A DNA stretch of 64,000 nucleotides from positions 9,355,074 to 9,419,073 of the forward strand of contig CM119268.1 in NCBI GenBank assembly GCA_051294375.1, read 5' to 3'. Source of the DNA: Paraspadella gotoi. Its lineage: Eukaryota; Animalia; Chaetognatha. Under the pieces are notes generated by a model. The model searched no databases and was not told the origin of the DNA. It saw only the letters and a program-made list of their open reading frames with translations. Shown here piece after piece: positions 12,672 to 24,446 of this stretch; position 1 is the stretch's first letter; the number at the start of each line of letters is the position of its first letter. The position numbers and the translations under genes are program-made.

Positions 12672-13237
12672 ATGAGCAAAATGAATTTTTTTCGACGATC
12701 TTCCGCCTGCGTATTTTGCGACGTCGTTTGTAACCCTGGATCAAAAGCTCTTCACGAAACTTCCTCTGTTCTCGCCATTGAGGATATTCGCCCTGCAACC
12801 GAACATCATTATCTCGTCATTCCTAAGCAGCATCTTGCCGACGCCAAGGCCTTAGGGGCCGAGCACTTACCTCTCTTTCGCGAGATGGTCGACGTTGCCC
12901 GTGAATTGGTCGAAAAACGCGTTGATGAAGGGGAAAGGTAATATAGCGACATTTTTTTTTTGACCCATAATTCGGGTTCGAAAAATAGCCAATGGCTGAA
13001 CTGCGAAAGTGGAAGGAGTTAGGAGCAAAAATAAGGGATAGAATTATCCCTAATATCTGATTTAGGTCAGACGTTGTGATGGGCTGTACGTGGCCCCCTT
13101 TCACTACGGTGTCCCATTTACATCTCCATGTGTTATCGCCAGCTTCTGCGATAAAAGGACTTTTTGGTTACTTTTCTAAATCATGGTGGTTTGTGTCGCC
13201 AGAGGCAATAATCGATCGATTGCAAAGCATGAATTAG
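12672..13237 (+). CDS. HINT3: Histidine triad nucleotide-binding protein, HINT3-like, 2 exons
   Basis: CVFCD, EDIRPATEHHYLVIPKQH and exon 2 WPPFTTVSHLHLHVLSP (HxHxH triad). Confidence 0.8.
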
Positions 13238-13307
13238 CGTTGAATACAACTTGTTTTTATACGTTTTTATAATTGTTGTTTCGGTCTTTGAGAAAAAGGA
13301 ATAAAAG

Positions 13308-13953
13308 ATGAGTATGCTTCGAAATTTTGTAACACTTTCACGTGGACAATCTGGACGAATTCTTAACCTCTCTATCGCGGCAGCCGTCCCTTCCACACGG
13401 GAGTTTGGCTCCAAGTTCGAACCGCCTTACTTGGATGAGCAAACGCACGACCCACGATTCGAAATTGTCCAAATGAGAATCCACGGACACGACTTTGCAG
13501 TCGTCGAGAAGTTCTCTCATTTGGCGCGAAGGTTCGCCAAGCATTTCGACGTCCCCATTAAAGACTTTTATCCAATTCCTACGCGGCAGACCAAGATGAA
13601 AACTTTTGATCAGGCAGACATGGGCAAAGAGGATGCCAAAGGTATGAGGTTTTTTTTCCTGAAAAAAACTTTAAAAATTAATAAGTTAAAACTTGTTAAA
13701 TTAACTCCCGCTCTCAGTGATTGACGAGTTTGTAATGGACAGTTACGAGCGCGTGATCATGTTCAAAGAAGTTCCCGCCGCTTCGCTCCCTCTTTACGTT
13801 GATTTTTTGCGCAACCATCAGCCGGAGGGAGTAACATTTTCGACCGGCAATCCCGACGAGGAACTCGAAAAATTTAGATACATTCCCGACATGGAAATGG
13901 CCGCGCTGCAACAGCGTTTGGACGATATTAACGAAGGAAAAGTCAAGTTATAA
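13308..13953 (+). CDS. MRPL48: Mitochondrial ribosomal protein mL48 (S10-like fold), 2 exons
   Basis: Presequence-like N-terminus, IHGHDFAVVEKF, FYPIPT, SYERVI and RNHQPEGV...RYIPD pattern. Confidence 0.75.
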
Positions 13954-14031
13954 TTATCTTTTCCTATGAATCACGCTTTTAGATTTTTCTCTATTTCGAT
14001 GCCGTTATTTATTGTTGAGTAGAAAATCCGA

Positions 14032-15474
14032 ATGGCGAGAAACTTTAGTTGGACTCGGTCTCTGGTGTCGCCCCTTTTTTCGACGACGCGATGCATTTTA
14101 GAGACGTCGCGTCTCTCTTCTCAGCTGACCGTTAAGTCGGACACTACGGTCGACGGTGGCTCGGCTAAGGCGAATCTCATCTCAAAAGCCATGCGGGTTA
14201 GACTTTCTCATAAAAATATCGCTTTTGCTTCACAATTTGAAAATGTTTCTCTTACCCAGGCGTACTTAGACCGCGCTCGGACCTACGACAGTTACATGAC
14301 GGAACAGACTGCAGAGTTCGATCTCGGTCGTCGGCACTTGGCGAAGATCATGGGCAAAGATCCCGAAAATTTCGGTCAGGAGGACATCGACAAGGCCATT
14401 CAATATCTTTTTCCCTCTGGACTTTTCGCCCCGGCCGCTAGACCTTTCCTGCGTCATCCTTCCGTTGGTGTGAGACATTGGTTATGTGAGTAAGAAAATC
14501 TGGCCAAGAAAATATCGCAATTTTATTTCTTAGTTTTTCCAAAAAAGAAAGAGGCCCAATTTGGTTGGGACGGACGGCCCTTTCATCCTTTCTTTTACAC
14601 TGGTCGACCGGCTTTCAATCAAATGCTTTACGACGGCATCGAACACTTGGAGCATCTCGCTGCTGCCAAACCGTCCGAAGAGGCTGCTCGAGACGGCGCC
14701 GAAGTCATGAAGACCTTTGTCAATTCGACCCAGTGGAAATCAAAGGAGGCCCTCTCCTCTCAACTCATCGAAAAGATAACCGATACGGATTACGAACGAT
14801 TTGTCGCTCTGGGCGAAAGAATTCTCGAGCATCGTTTCTCCTTCCTGGCAAAAAAGTTAATTTTTTTCCCTTTTCGTCAGTTTTTCTTTATACCGCCCCG
14901 TCTTAATTTATTTTTTTTACTCGGTAGGTTTCTTACCCTCTACCGCGAGCCCATCGGAGACCTCGTCAGCGTTCGTGAAACGACCGAGCCACAGGTGGAC
15001 CCAGTCACTGGCGTCCGTTTCTCCACAGGTTCCGGCTCCCGGAAATGTTCCAAGGCTGATGTCATCCTTCGCGAAGGCACTGGCGTCGTCGACATCAACG
15101 GCGAAGATATCGACTTTTTCGAGGGCGTTCAGGAGCGTCTTCAGATCCTGTCCCCCTTTGCCTTTTTGGGTCGGGTCAACGAGTTCGACATCGAGGCTGA
15201 AGGTAGGGCATATTCGCGATCCAGTGTAGCCAACTTTCTTCTTATCCTCGCCCTTTCCTCTACGATCGCAGTTCAAGGGCCCGAAAATTCCTTCACGTCC
15301 AACGCGGGTGCATTGCGTCTCGCCATCTCTCGCGCGTTGACCTCGTTTTGCACTCCGACAGAGGTGGAGAATTTGAGACTGGCCGGCCTCTTGACTGAGG
15401 ATCCAAGGGTCAGGGAGAGAAAAATATGGGGTCAAAGGGGCGCGAGGGCCAAGTTCACGTGGAAGCGTAGATGA
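14032..15474 (+). CDS. MRPS9: Mitochondrial ribosomal protein uS9m, multi-exon
   Basis: GRRHLAKIMG, AIQYLFPSGLF, GRPFHPFFYTG and a C-terminal LLTEDPRVRERK...ARAKFTWKRR. Confidence 0.93.
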
Positions 15475-15659
15475 TCTAGGCAGTTTTTAAATTCTCTTTT
15501 GCTGTTTTGTTTATCCCTAAACCTACCACGATTTCTCTATCCCTCAATCGTTGATATACTTGGTACGTTGTCTTTAATTTAGATAAAGTCCAATCGCTTA
15601 GCGTTTTTCGAAAGCAACGCTAACATTATATTAACAACGTTATTACTGCGATAAATGAA

Positions 15660-18600
15660 ATGTTGGTGGGGAATTTCGCAAAAAGAACAAGGTTTTGCGT
15701 CTCCTCACATTTAATACAATGGAATGAAGCGTCAGGTTATTCGTCCATTCCCGGCGTTTTCCCCGCCGTCCATTCCCGGGAAGATGTCTCCGATTCTCCC
15801 GCTGCCGTCGAACGAACAAATCCTTTGGGAATTCAACTCCTCTCAAGATCTCTCTTCCGACAGATTTTCCACGACGAATCCAAAGGTCACGATCGCGCCT
15901 CCTTGGCGGACCCAAACGTCGCCGCTGCTGTTCGGCATCTCAAGTCCCATGATCTCTGGGGCAAAGAGACGACCGTTCTTCCCGACTTAAATCTTTCGCT
16001 TCCCCAACTAAAGGGAAGCGACATTGACGAACATTTTCGCCGCATCGCAGAAGATCAAGCCGGCGAGTATAAGCGCTTACTCATATCAATTGCAGGCGCG
16101 ACTCTCCCGCCTCGACCCCATCGATGGGAGTTTCGCGACGGATGGACCGCTTACGACGCCTCGTCGGGAAAGGAGACTCCGGTGGCCTTCCCGGACGACG
16201 ACGCGTTGGTCTTCGACGTCGAAGTTTTGGTAAAGGAAGGAAGCTTTCCTGCTTTGGCGGTGGCCGTTTCCGAATCCCGGTGGTACTCGTGGTGTTCCCA
16301 ACGGCTCGTCGAAAAACTGGCGAGAAATGACGTGATGCGGACCACCGACTTGATCCCTCTCGAAGATCCAAACTCTGGAAGCCGACGCGCCAAAATCGTC
16401 GTGGGCCACAACGTGGCTTTCGACAGGTCGTATGTGGCAGAACAGTACGCCATCGAGCCGGGGGCCAGTCAAGCGCGATTCGTCGATACAATGAGCATGC
16501 ACATAGCCAACGGAGGTTTTTCTTGTCATCAAAGGGACGCCTACCAAGTAATAAAAAAGAAGGAATCAAAAATTAATGATGATGAGAAAGGTTCGATATC
16601 AGGTTCGATATCGCGTTCGAACGAGCTCCGGTGGAGTCAGGAGTCGACGACTAACGCCCTCAGCGACCTATACAAGTTTTACTGCAAAAAAACTTTGTCC
16701 AAGGACGCACGGGATGTGTTTGTCAAGGGCTCCCTCGATGACGTCCTTTCCGATTTTCAGAACCTTACAGATTATTGCGCTTGGGATGTGGCGGCGACGC
16801 ACGAAGTAAGTAAGTAAGTAAGTAACTCAACTAATATTATCAATACTGATATCAACAATATCATTCAGATTCTATCTCACCTGACGCCGGAATTCTTTGA
16901 GCGTTTTCCTCATCCCGTAACGTTCGCTGGCATGCTTGAGATGGCTCGTGTCTTTCTTCCCGTCGATGATACTTGGCATCAGTTCATCGAGAATTGCGAT
17001 AACACTCGACGAGATCTCCTAAATGAGCAGAGAAAGATTTTGCTTCGTCTCGCCAACAAAGCTTGTTCGCTTGCCGAAGGCGAACTTTACAAGGTAGGCT
17101 AGTGCGATGAGAAAATGTCTTTTTATTTGAATTTTACGTACTATTGCTTACAATTACAAACTAAATTCTTAATTGTCAAAATTTAAGATGGTTTTCATTT
17201 TTTCCAGAAAGATCCCTGGTTATGGAATTTGGATTGGTCCACTTCAACGACGAAGTTAAAGAAAGCGAAAAAACCGTCTCCTTCCGACAAAGCCGTTCAG
17301 AAAACTAAGGAACAACTGGGTCTCTTGAGTCCCGAAGGCATTCGAAATCTCTGCACCGATTTCGGTTTTCCGATCGAAAAAGACGAGAATGCGATGGAGG
17401 TATTGATGAATCCTCTCAGCTTGAACGAAATCCCGTTAAACAAACTGAGGGTCGTTGAACTAAAAACTCTTTGCCGAATTCATGGCCTTCCTTCCACGGC
17501 AAAGAAAGGCGTTTTATACGATCGCCTTGTCAATCTCGGATTACGTGAAAAGGAGAAATCCGAGTCTGGCCAGTTTTGCAACTCGGACGAAAATCAAATT
17601 CAAGACATCTCCATTCTTCTGGCTACTCGTGATCGGCTACACAAATCTCAACGCGAACTTGTTGGTTACCCCGAGTGGTACAGAAAAACTTATTTGAAGT
17701 CTTCTGAGACTTCGACATTCGGCTCTTTTGGGCCTAGCCTGACCACCAAGCTGAAAGAAACACCATCCTTACTCAGGATGACCTATGTTGAGTTTCCCTT
17801 ACATTACCATGAAAAGCTCAAATGGGGTTACTTGGTTCCTCATTTAGTCGGGGCGGACCACATGAGGGCCGAAGACGGGTTTCCGTTTGGTGAGATATAT
17901 AAAATTTGCAAGCATCTTGACAATAACACATTGGGATTTACTTCACCCCAAGTTTTCAATACTTTTAACGAATGGAATGAAATCGAGAAACGTCTTGAGA
18001 CTAAAGAAGATTTCGCGACTGTTTGGGAGGACACTTTACAATTGTTGGGAAGCGAACCGCCGGAATATACTAAGAAATTGTCGCCTTTCGGTCCCTATTA
18101 CTTCGAAAATATTCCTGGTTGCTCGTTTTATCGGATTCCTCACCCGAAATTTGGTCCGTCCGTTGGTGATCCGTTGGGAAAGCATTTCATTTCAAGGCTG
18201 GCAGGTACGATGGTGACTAAAAAGGCACGGTTCGAGCCAATCAACCTATATATGTTGGGTGGATATTTAAATGATGAATAAGCCGAAATCTCACAGTATT
18301 GGCTCCGGGTCCGGCTCCACTCTTTTTCTGTTTTACGTAAATACCCCGTGTCCGTTCGCGAGTGTCAACAAAAAAATCTTTACTATATTTTAAATATTTA
18401 ATAAATAAGTATAACATTAGAGGCAGAACTACTGGACGTTTTTTATCGTCGCAATCGCTTAGCGTTTGCGACGATATTGTAACGCTTATGCGCATAAGTG
18501 GCGTCGTCGGCGGCGTCGTTGTCGTCGTCTGCGTTCCAAATTATAGATCGCCTTTTTTATTTTTAAATTTGGGTGTATGAAGCTGAAAATTTATATACAG

Positions 18601-20614
18601 CTTCTCATAATCGATGTGCTTAAAATTGAGTCTGGACAGTTATTAAATATGTTTTGTTTGTTTTATCAAAACAAACAAATTTTCTATTTTATTTTTATAT
18701 TTCTTTCTCTCTCTCTTTTCTCTTCTAATTACATGTCTCTCTCCCTCTCTCATTTCGCTCTGCTCTGCTCTGCAGAGGCTTATTCTTTTTCTCTCTTTTC
18801 TCCTGCTGCTTCTGCTGCTGCCTTTTGATTTCTTTCTTTTTTTCTGGGTGCCTCTGCTGCTGCCGCTGCTGTTATTTACTTTTATATAGACACTTGAACT
18901 TATAATAACTCAAATAGATGCATTAATAATAAAGATGTTAGTTAAAAAAACTTTAAAGACTAAGAAAAACCAAATAAAAGAAGTCGTTAGAAGCGATCTT
19001 GTGTATTTATCGATTTTGGGTCGATGGAGCCGGGTCCGGATCCGGAAGAAAATTTAAATCGATACTGCAAAGGGTCACCAGTGAGTGGAACGCATCGCTT
19101 CGATCAAAATATTTGGTTCCGGTTGACCCGGAACTTACGCCTGTTACCGCATCGGTTTCTTTTTTTAAAAATGGCTATTCAAGGCCTCGTATCTCTTCCT
19201 TTCTGTCTCTTTACCCCTTTTTTGATCATCTTCTGCAGACGGTACTTTAAAAACCTCTGGAGACGAGGATGCCAAAAGGGTTCTCCACATCACGCGGATG
19301 ATTGCCAATTGGTCGTCCTCAGAGAAGCGAATCAAAGCTCAAATGGTTGTCTACTCTGACAATAATGAAGGTTACGCTGTTATCTTGCCTCGAGTTATTG
19401 TCGCCGGGACTCTGACTCGTCGAGCGGTTGAGAATACCTGGCTCGTGTTGTCCAATCCAAAGGCTGATCGGGTCGGTAGTGAGATGAAAACCATGGTTAG
19501 GGCCCCGGCGGGATGGCACTTTGTCGGAGCCGACGTAGATTCGCAGGTAGTCATTATTAAATTCCCATTTAAAATAGATTTATTTCTTTTTTTTTTCTCT
19601 TTTTTTTCTATCTGGCCTTTTCTTAGGAGTTGTGGATAGCTTCTCTGTATGGAGACGCGCACTTTGCGCATCATCATGGGTGCACAGCCATCGGTTGGAT
19701 GACGTTGCAAGGAAAACGCGAGGACGGGACTGATCTCCATAGCAAAACAGCCGCCGCATCTGGCTGCACTAGGTTTGTGTCGTCAGTAAAAACCTTTGTC
19801 TACGGTTGATAAAAACAGATAAAAACTTCTATCGATTTCACTTGGTAGGGACAATGCCAAGACCCTTAACTACGCGCGCATTTACGGCGCTGGCGAATCT
19901 TTGTCCAAAAACCTTTTGATGGGATTCGACTCGAGCCTTCGGGAGGAGGAGGCTCTGGCCAATGCTCGCGCCATGATTAGACTAACGAAGGGAGTGAAAA
20001 AACGGAAAAAACTTGGCACCGACGACAACGATTCAGGGACCGAATGGACCGGCGGAACCGAGTCGCACATGTTCAACCAGCTGGAGCAGATAGCACGTAC
20101 CCCTGCTTCAGCCACCCCCGTTCTCGGCGCCCGAATTTCTCGCGCAATGGAAGCCGGGTCTGTCGGGTCCAACTTCATGCCCTCGCGCATTAACTGGGCC
20201 GTGCAGTCGTCAGCCGTGGATTATCTTCACCTCCTGCTCGTCGCTTCTCGCCATCTCTTTGACGAGTTCCGCATAATCGGCCGTGTCTCCATCACCGTCC
20301 ACGACGAGGTTCGCGCTTTGGTCCGGTCCGAGGATCGTTACCGCGCCGCCATGGCTCTGCAAGTAGCCAACCTTTGGACGCGATCCATGTTCGCCTTTAA
20401 GGTCGGCCTCCACGATCTTCCCATGTCGGTCGCGTTCTTTTCGGCCGTCGAAATCGATAAAGTTTTGAGGAAAAACGTCGATGATGATGCGGTTACGCCT
20501 TCGAATCCTGATGGTCTACGAGAAGAATATGGAGTTTCGCCTGGAGAGGCATTGAACGTTTACCAGATTATAGAGAAGACGAATGGAGGGCGGTTAGAGA
20601 AACCGCCAGTTTGA
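15660..20614 (+). CDS. POLG: Mitochondrial DNA polymerase gamma catalytic subunit, multi-exon
   Basis: ExoI VFDVEV, Exo[10 protein letters not shown], ExoIII YCAWDV; Pol[15 protein letters not shown], Pol[14 protein letters not shown], PolC TVHDEVR. Long intron at 18205-19238. Confidence 0.96.
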
Positions 20615-20856
20615 AATTTAATGTGGGGAACGCTGGCTAATTTGTTCTCTTCAACATTTGTTTCATTGTTATTGTTCGAGAACCCTTTTCATGTTTAATT
20701 CCTTAGCGTGTACACTGTACAGTTGTAGTTTAACGACATTACAGTAAACAGCTCTTTAGTTGGCAGTTACAAAATTTAGTTAATTCCCGTAAATTTAGAA
20801 ATTTTTTTTAATATTATGGAAAAGTTCTTTAGCTTAGGTCATAAATCCTTTCAATC

Positions 20857-21867
20857 ATGACTGATTCGGGACGCCCGCAAGAGTTAACCGCCGAATGGTG
20901 TAACCCTCCGTCGCCGCTAAATTGGGTTTTAGGTCCCGTCAACGAAGGTTTTTCCGTCAAGGTCGAGGGATACGCGACAGAAACTTGCGATAGATTTAAA
21001 ATCAATCTTCAGCGAGGCAGTGACGAAGACGCGGACGTGCTATTTCACTTCAACCCGCGGTTTGGGCAAAACGTTGTCGTTCGCAACGCCCGCTTCGGCG
21101 GCCTTTGGGGTCCAGAAGAGCGAGAAGGCGTGGTCCCTTTCGAGCGAAAAGTCCCTTTTGTCGTCGAAATATCCGTTAGCGAATTTTACTATTTCGCTCA
21201 GGTTGATGGGAAAACCCTTTGTTTATTTTCCCATCGTCGTCCATTTTCTCTGTCTGACACTTTCGCAGTTTCCGGCGATCTGGTCCTGTCCAAAGTTTCG
21301 TTCAAAAGATCTTTTGGGCCTTCGTTGTCCGAATTGATGACCGGTCTTACGTTGGAGACGCCGAAGGCCGAGATACTGGCCGAGCCGCCGCCATATACCG
21401 AGTTGGATCCCTCTAAGATGCCCGCCAGGATTTCTAAATCAGGCCTGCCTTTGTCGACGCCTCTGCCCTTCGGATTCGCGCTCGGTAATTCCGTGGTAGT
21501 CAGCTTGACTTCTAAGCTGGTCGCCATCCGTTTCAAGGTGGAACTTCGCGTGGGTCCCCCCGGCGTTTCCCCCGAAATGGTGCTGCTTCACTTTAACCCT
21601 CGCTTTGAGGAAGATGGTGGCGTCGTCGTCTTCAACACCAAGATCAACGGTGTCTGGGGAAAGGAGGAGCGGCATTCATTTGACGACGGTCTGCGCGCCT
21701 CCGGCTCTGGTGTGCAGTTGCGCTTTCTGTGCGAGTCGCGAGAGGTGTTGGTTTTTGTCAATGGAGCCTTTTTCGCCGCCTATCGTCACAGAATCCCTCC
21801 GGGACCCTCCATTGACACTCTTCACATCGACGGGGACGCCGAAGTCGAAAATGTCGGCTTCTATTAA
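20857..21867 (+). CDS. Tandem-repeat (two-CRD) galectin, single exon
   Basis: Two carbohydrate-recognition domains, each with HFNPRF...V.N...WG.EER, joined by a Pro-rich linker. Confidence 0.92.
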   Translation: MTDSGRPQELTAEWCNPPSPLNWVLGPVNEGFSVKVEGYATETCDRFKINLQRGSDEDADVLFHFNPRFGQNVVVRNARFGGLWGPEEREGVVPFERKVPFVVEISVSEFYYFAQVDGKTLCLFSHRRPFSLSDTFAVSGDLVLSKVSFKRSFGPSLSELMTGLTLETPKAEILAEPPPYTELDPSKMPARISKSGLPLSTPLPFGFALGNSVVVSLTSKLVAIRFKVELRVGPPGVSPEMVLLHFNPRFEEDGGVVVFNTKINGVWGKEERHSFDDGLRASGSGVQLRFLCESREVLVFVNGAFFAAYRHRIPPGPSIDTLHIDGDAEVENVGFY

Positions 21868-22128
21868 AATTTTCTCTTTTTTTCGATGGGTAAACGAAAT
21901 TTTGTTTTTAAATCACCGCAAATCCTACCTTTCCAAAAACATTGGTCTCTGATTTTACTGATCTTAATTTTAATCACTCGTTGATTATGGTGTTATGACT
22001 TTAACTACGAAGCACGTATACCAGTATCATTTTTTCCCTTTTTTTAAGGCTTTAAGTGCGTTTATTTCGTTTTAAATACTTTTGAAAGAAAACTAGTCTC
22101 CATCCATCCAACCAGAAAAACCTTCGCA

Positions 22129-23409
22129 ATGAATTCATTCCCCGAAGGAGACGATAATTTTTCGATTGCCCCTCCTCTCTTTCGCTCTTGCGATGCCCGA
22201 TCCGAGGCCGTACCGGAGTCGAAACGAAAGAGTGTCTTCGCTCCCCGTTTAATATCAGGGATCCGTGGGTGGCGCGGCGCCGCATTGTGGGCGTTTATTT
22301 TTCTCGTGGGCGCCATCACTCTTGCCAACTTGACGATGACGATAATCCTCGTAGCGACGTTGCGGTTGACGCCCAGTCACGGATTTTCGTCGGTTTTGTT
22401 CGGTATTGAAGAGTATGGTTTCGATTCCAATTGGTGAGATTTGTGATTTTTTCTTCTCACTTATACACTTATACAATATATAATAAACATAGTTCATAAT
22501 ATCCTTGTTCTCTCTGCAGGTTCGCCTCCCCCTTTGTCTCATTCCTCGTTCCCTCCTCTGTCCGAAATCTGATTCTGAGTCCGTCTCGAAACACTCCCGC
22601 CACAATTTCTTCTTTTCCGCTCAAAGACTTGCAGATTCTCGCGAACGGCGCCACCGAGAGCTTCGTGACTCGCGAGATCGTTGCGCGACTCCGTGATTCG
22701 CAATCGTTAGACCCCGAACACCCACGCTCCTCCCTCCGACTCCGCGACGCCTCGTTTCGCGTTGACGCCGACGGATTTCGTTGGCAAGAATCTGATGGTG
22801 GCGTCTCGAAACTGAATCTCGGCGGCGAAGAAGGAAGAATAGCGTAAGTCAAGACGAGACAATTTTACCGCCCGTCGCCGCTTCTCATCTTTCCCTCTCT
22901 CTGTTTTCCCCTTTCAGTCTCTCCCCTTCGACGCGTTCGATGACTACGCCTTCCACAGTCGCGAACTCTTGTTCCGCTCCACGCGAATCCGACTTGAAAC
23001 TAAGTGCCGACTCGGGCAACGTCTCCTTGATCGGCAACGAGGGCGTTTTCGTTGAAACTCGTCGGGCGACATTTAAGTCTCAACGCGGTGGCGACATCCT
23101 CTTCTCGGTGGAAAGAAAAGTCGAGGATCGACCTTGGGCAGGGGTATGGCTAGTTTCCTGCTTCGTTTAATGAATGTAATATAGGGGAAAAAAATTTCGA
23201 CCTTGTTTTCTTTTAAGGGACATTTGGTCTTCGACGGTCGTTCAGTTATCTTTAATATAGATAAATTAAAAAAGGCGTCGTCCGACTCGCCCATCGGTGT
23301 TGGCTTCAAGCTTTGCGTATGCGCCTCCAACGGCCGACTTTTTCGCGTTCGCGTGAGAAGTCGCGCGGACGGATGCTCAAATCTCAGCCCAATCAACAAT
23401 CCCTGCTGA
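22129..23409 (+). CDS. SGCB: Sarcoglycan, beta-type, 4 exons
   Basis: Type II transmembrane segment (WAFIFLVGAITLANLTMTIILVATL), GNEGV motif and a Cys-rich C-terminus FKLCVCASNGRLFRV...GC...NPC. Confidence 0.75.
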
Positions 23410-23691
23410 GTATTGATTCTAGGGAAAATCTTTGCTACTTAATTCTTATTAATTTATTAGTGCGCAAAAGAGTGCGACCAAAATATTTTTCTATCATTAT
23501 CTTTTACAAAGTTTTCATTCCATAGTGTATTATTTTTTACAAAGGCATTTTTATATTAATTTATTATAATAGTTGTTTGTTCTTTAAACTAATATATTAG
23601 TTAGACCCGTTGTTTTTTTTTTTTTCGTTTTGTTGTTCCACGGGTTTTACGTTGTTTTGTTTTCAAGCCTGTGAATAAAAAAAAACGTACC

Positions 23692-24301
23692 ATGCCTCGT
23701 TGGGAATGTCGACCAATTATTCGAATGGCCTACTATGGATGCACTAACCGACCCTTTTTTCACATCGTGGCAACGGATCCCCGAGCGCCGAGGGAAGGAC
23801 CCATTTTCGAACAGGTCGCTCGCTCACGTCAAAACTTAAATCGACCATCGCAACAACTCCTAATTTTTTGACCTTTTCCCCACACTTCAGCTCGGCACCT
23901 ACGACCCACTGCCAAACAAAAACGGAGAAAAATTAGTGGGTCTTAACCTGAACCGCATCCAACATTGGCTCTGTGAGGGCGCCTACACCTCGCGAAACGT
24001 AAAGGCACTTCTCGGCCTCGGCGGCTTTCTCCCCATTTACCCGGACACTCTCGTGCACGCGCGACGAAAGCAGATGGCCGCCGAGGTTCGCGAGCGCGTT
24101 GCCGCCGGCGAGACAGTCGAGGGTGACGACGTCCCGTTGGTGAATCGGTTTCGAAAGTATCACGTCCTCTACGACTTCGTCACGATGCCCGACGAGTTCG
24201 TCGGCGGCCGAATCGATTACGCTTCCTACGAAAAGGACTACAGAAACTTTTCCAAGTATTCGGAAGAAAACATGTTGCCCCCGCTGGAAGAGGAATCCTA
24301 G
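23692..24301 (+). CDS. MRPS16: Mitochondrial ribosomal protein bS16m, 2 exons
   Basis: IRMAYYGCTNRPFFHIV, EQLGTYDPLPN and LNLNRIQHWL...GFLPIYP. Confidence 0.93.
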
Positions 24302-24446
24302 AATGTTAAATCTTTTTTTTAAAATTCGAAACTTGTTGATAATTTATGCTATACTTCTTCACACGTTTTTGAGCTGTTAGGGAAAAATATGTCAGACTAT
24401 TAGACTACTGTCAGACTATTTAGACTATTGTACTAGTGAGACGAGG

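Noticed and set aside
18205-19238. 1-kb POLG intron with short ORFs, CT/GCT microsatellites and a partial inverted match (GGGTCCGGCTCCA near 18307 and TGGAGCCGGG near 19026)
   Set aside because: Probably a transposon remnant, but I could not define termini or a TSD, and the ORFs are low complexity.
24391-24432. Short AGACTA(T/C) tandem units before the BRE1 ATG
   Set aside because: A degenerate local micro-duplication with no spacers, so not CRISPR-like, and not seen in other spacers.
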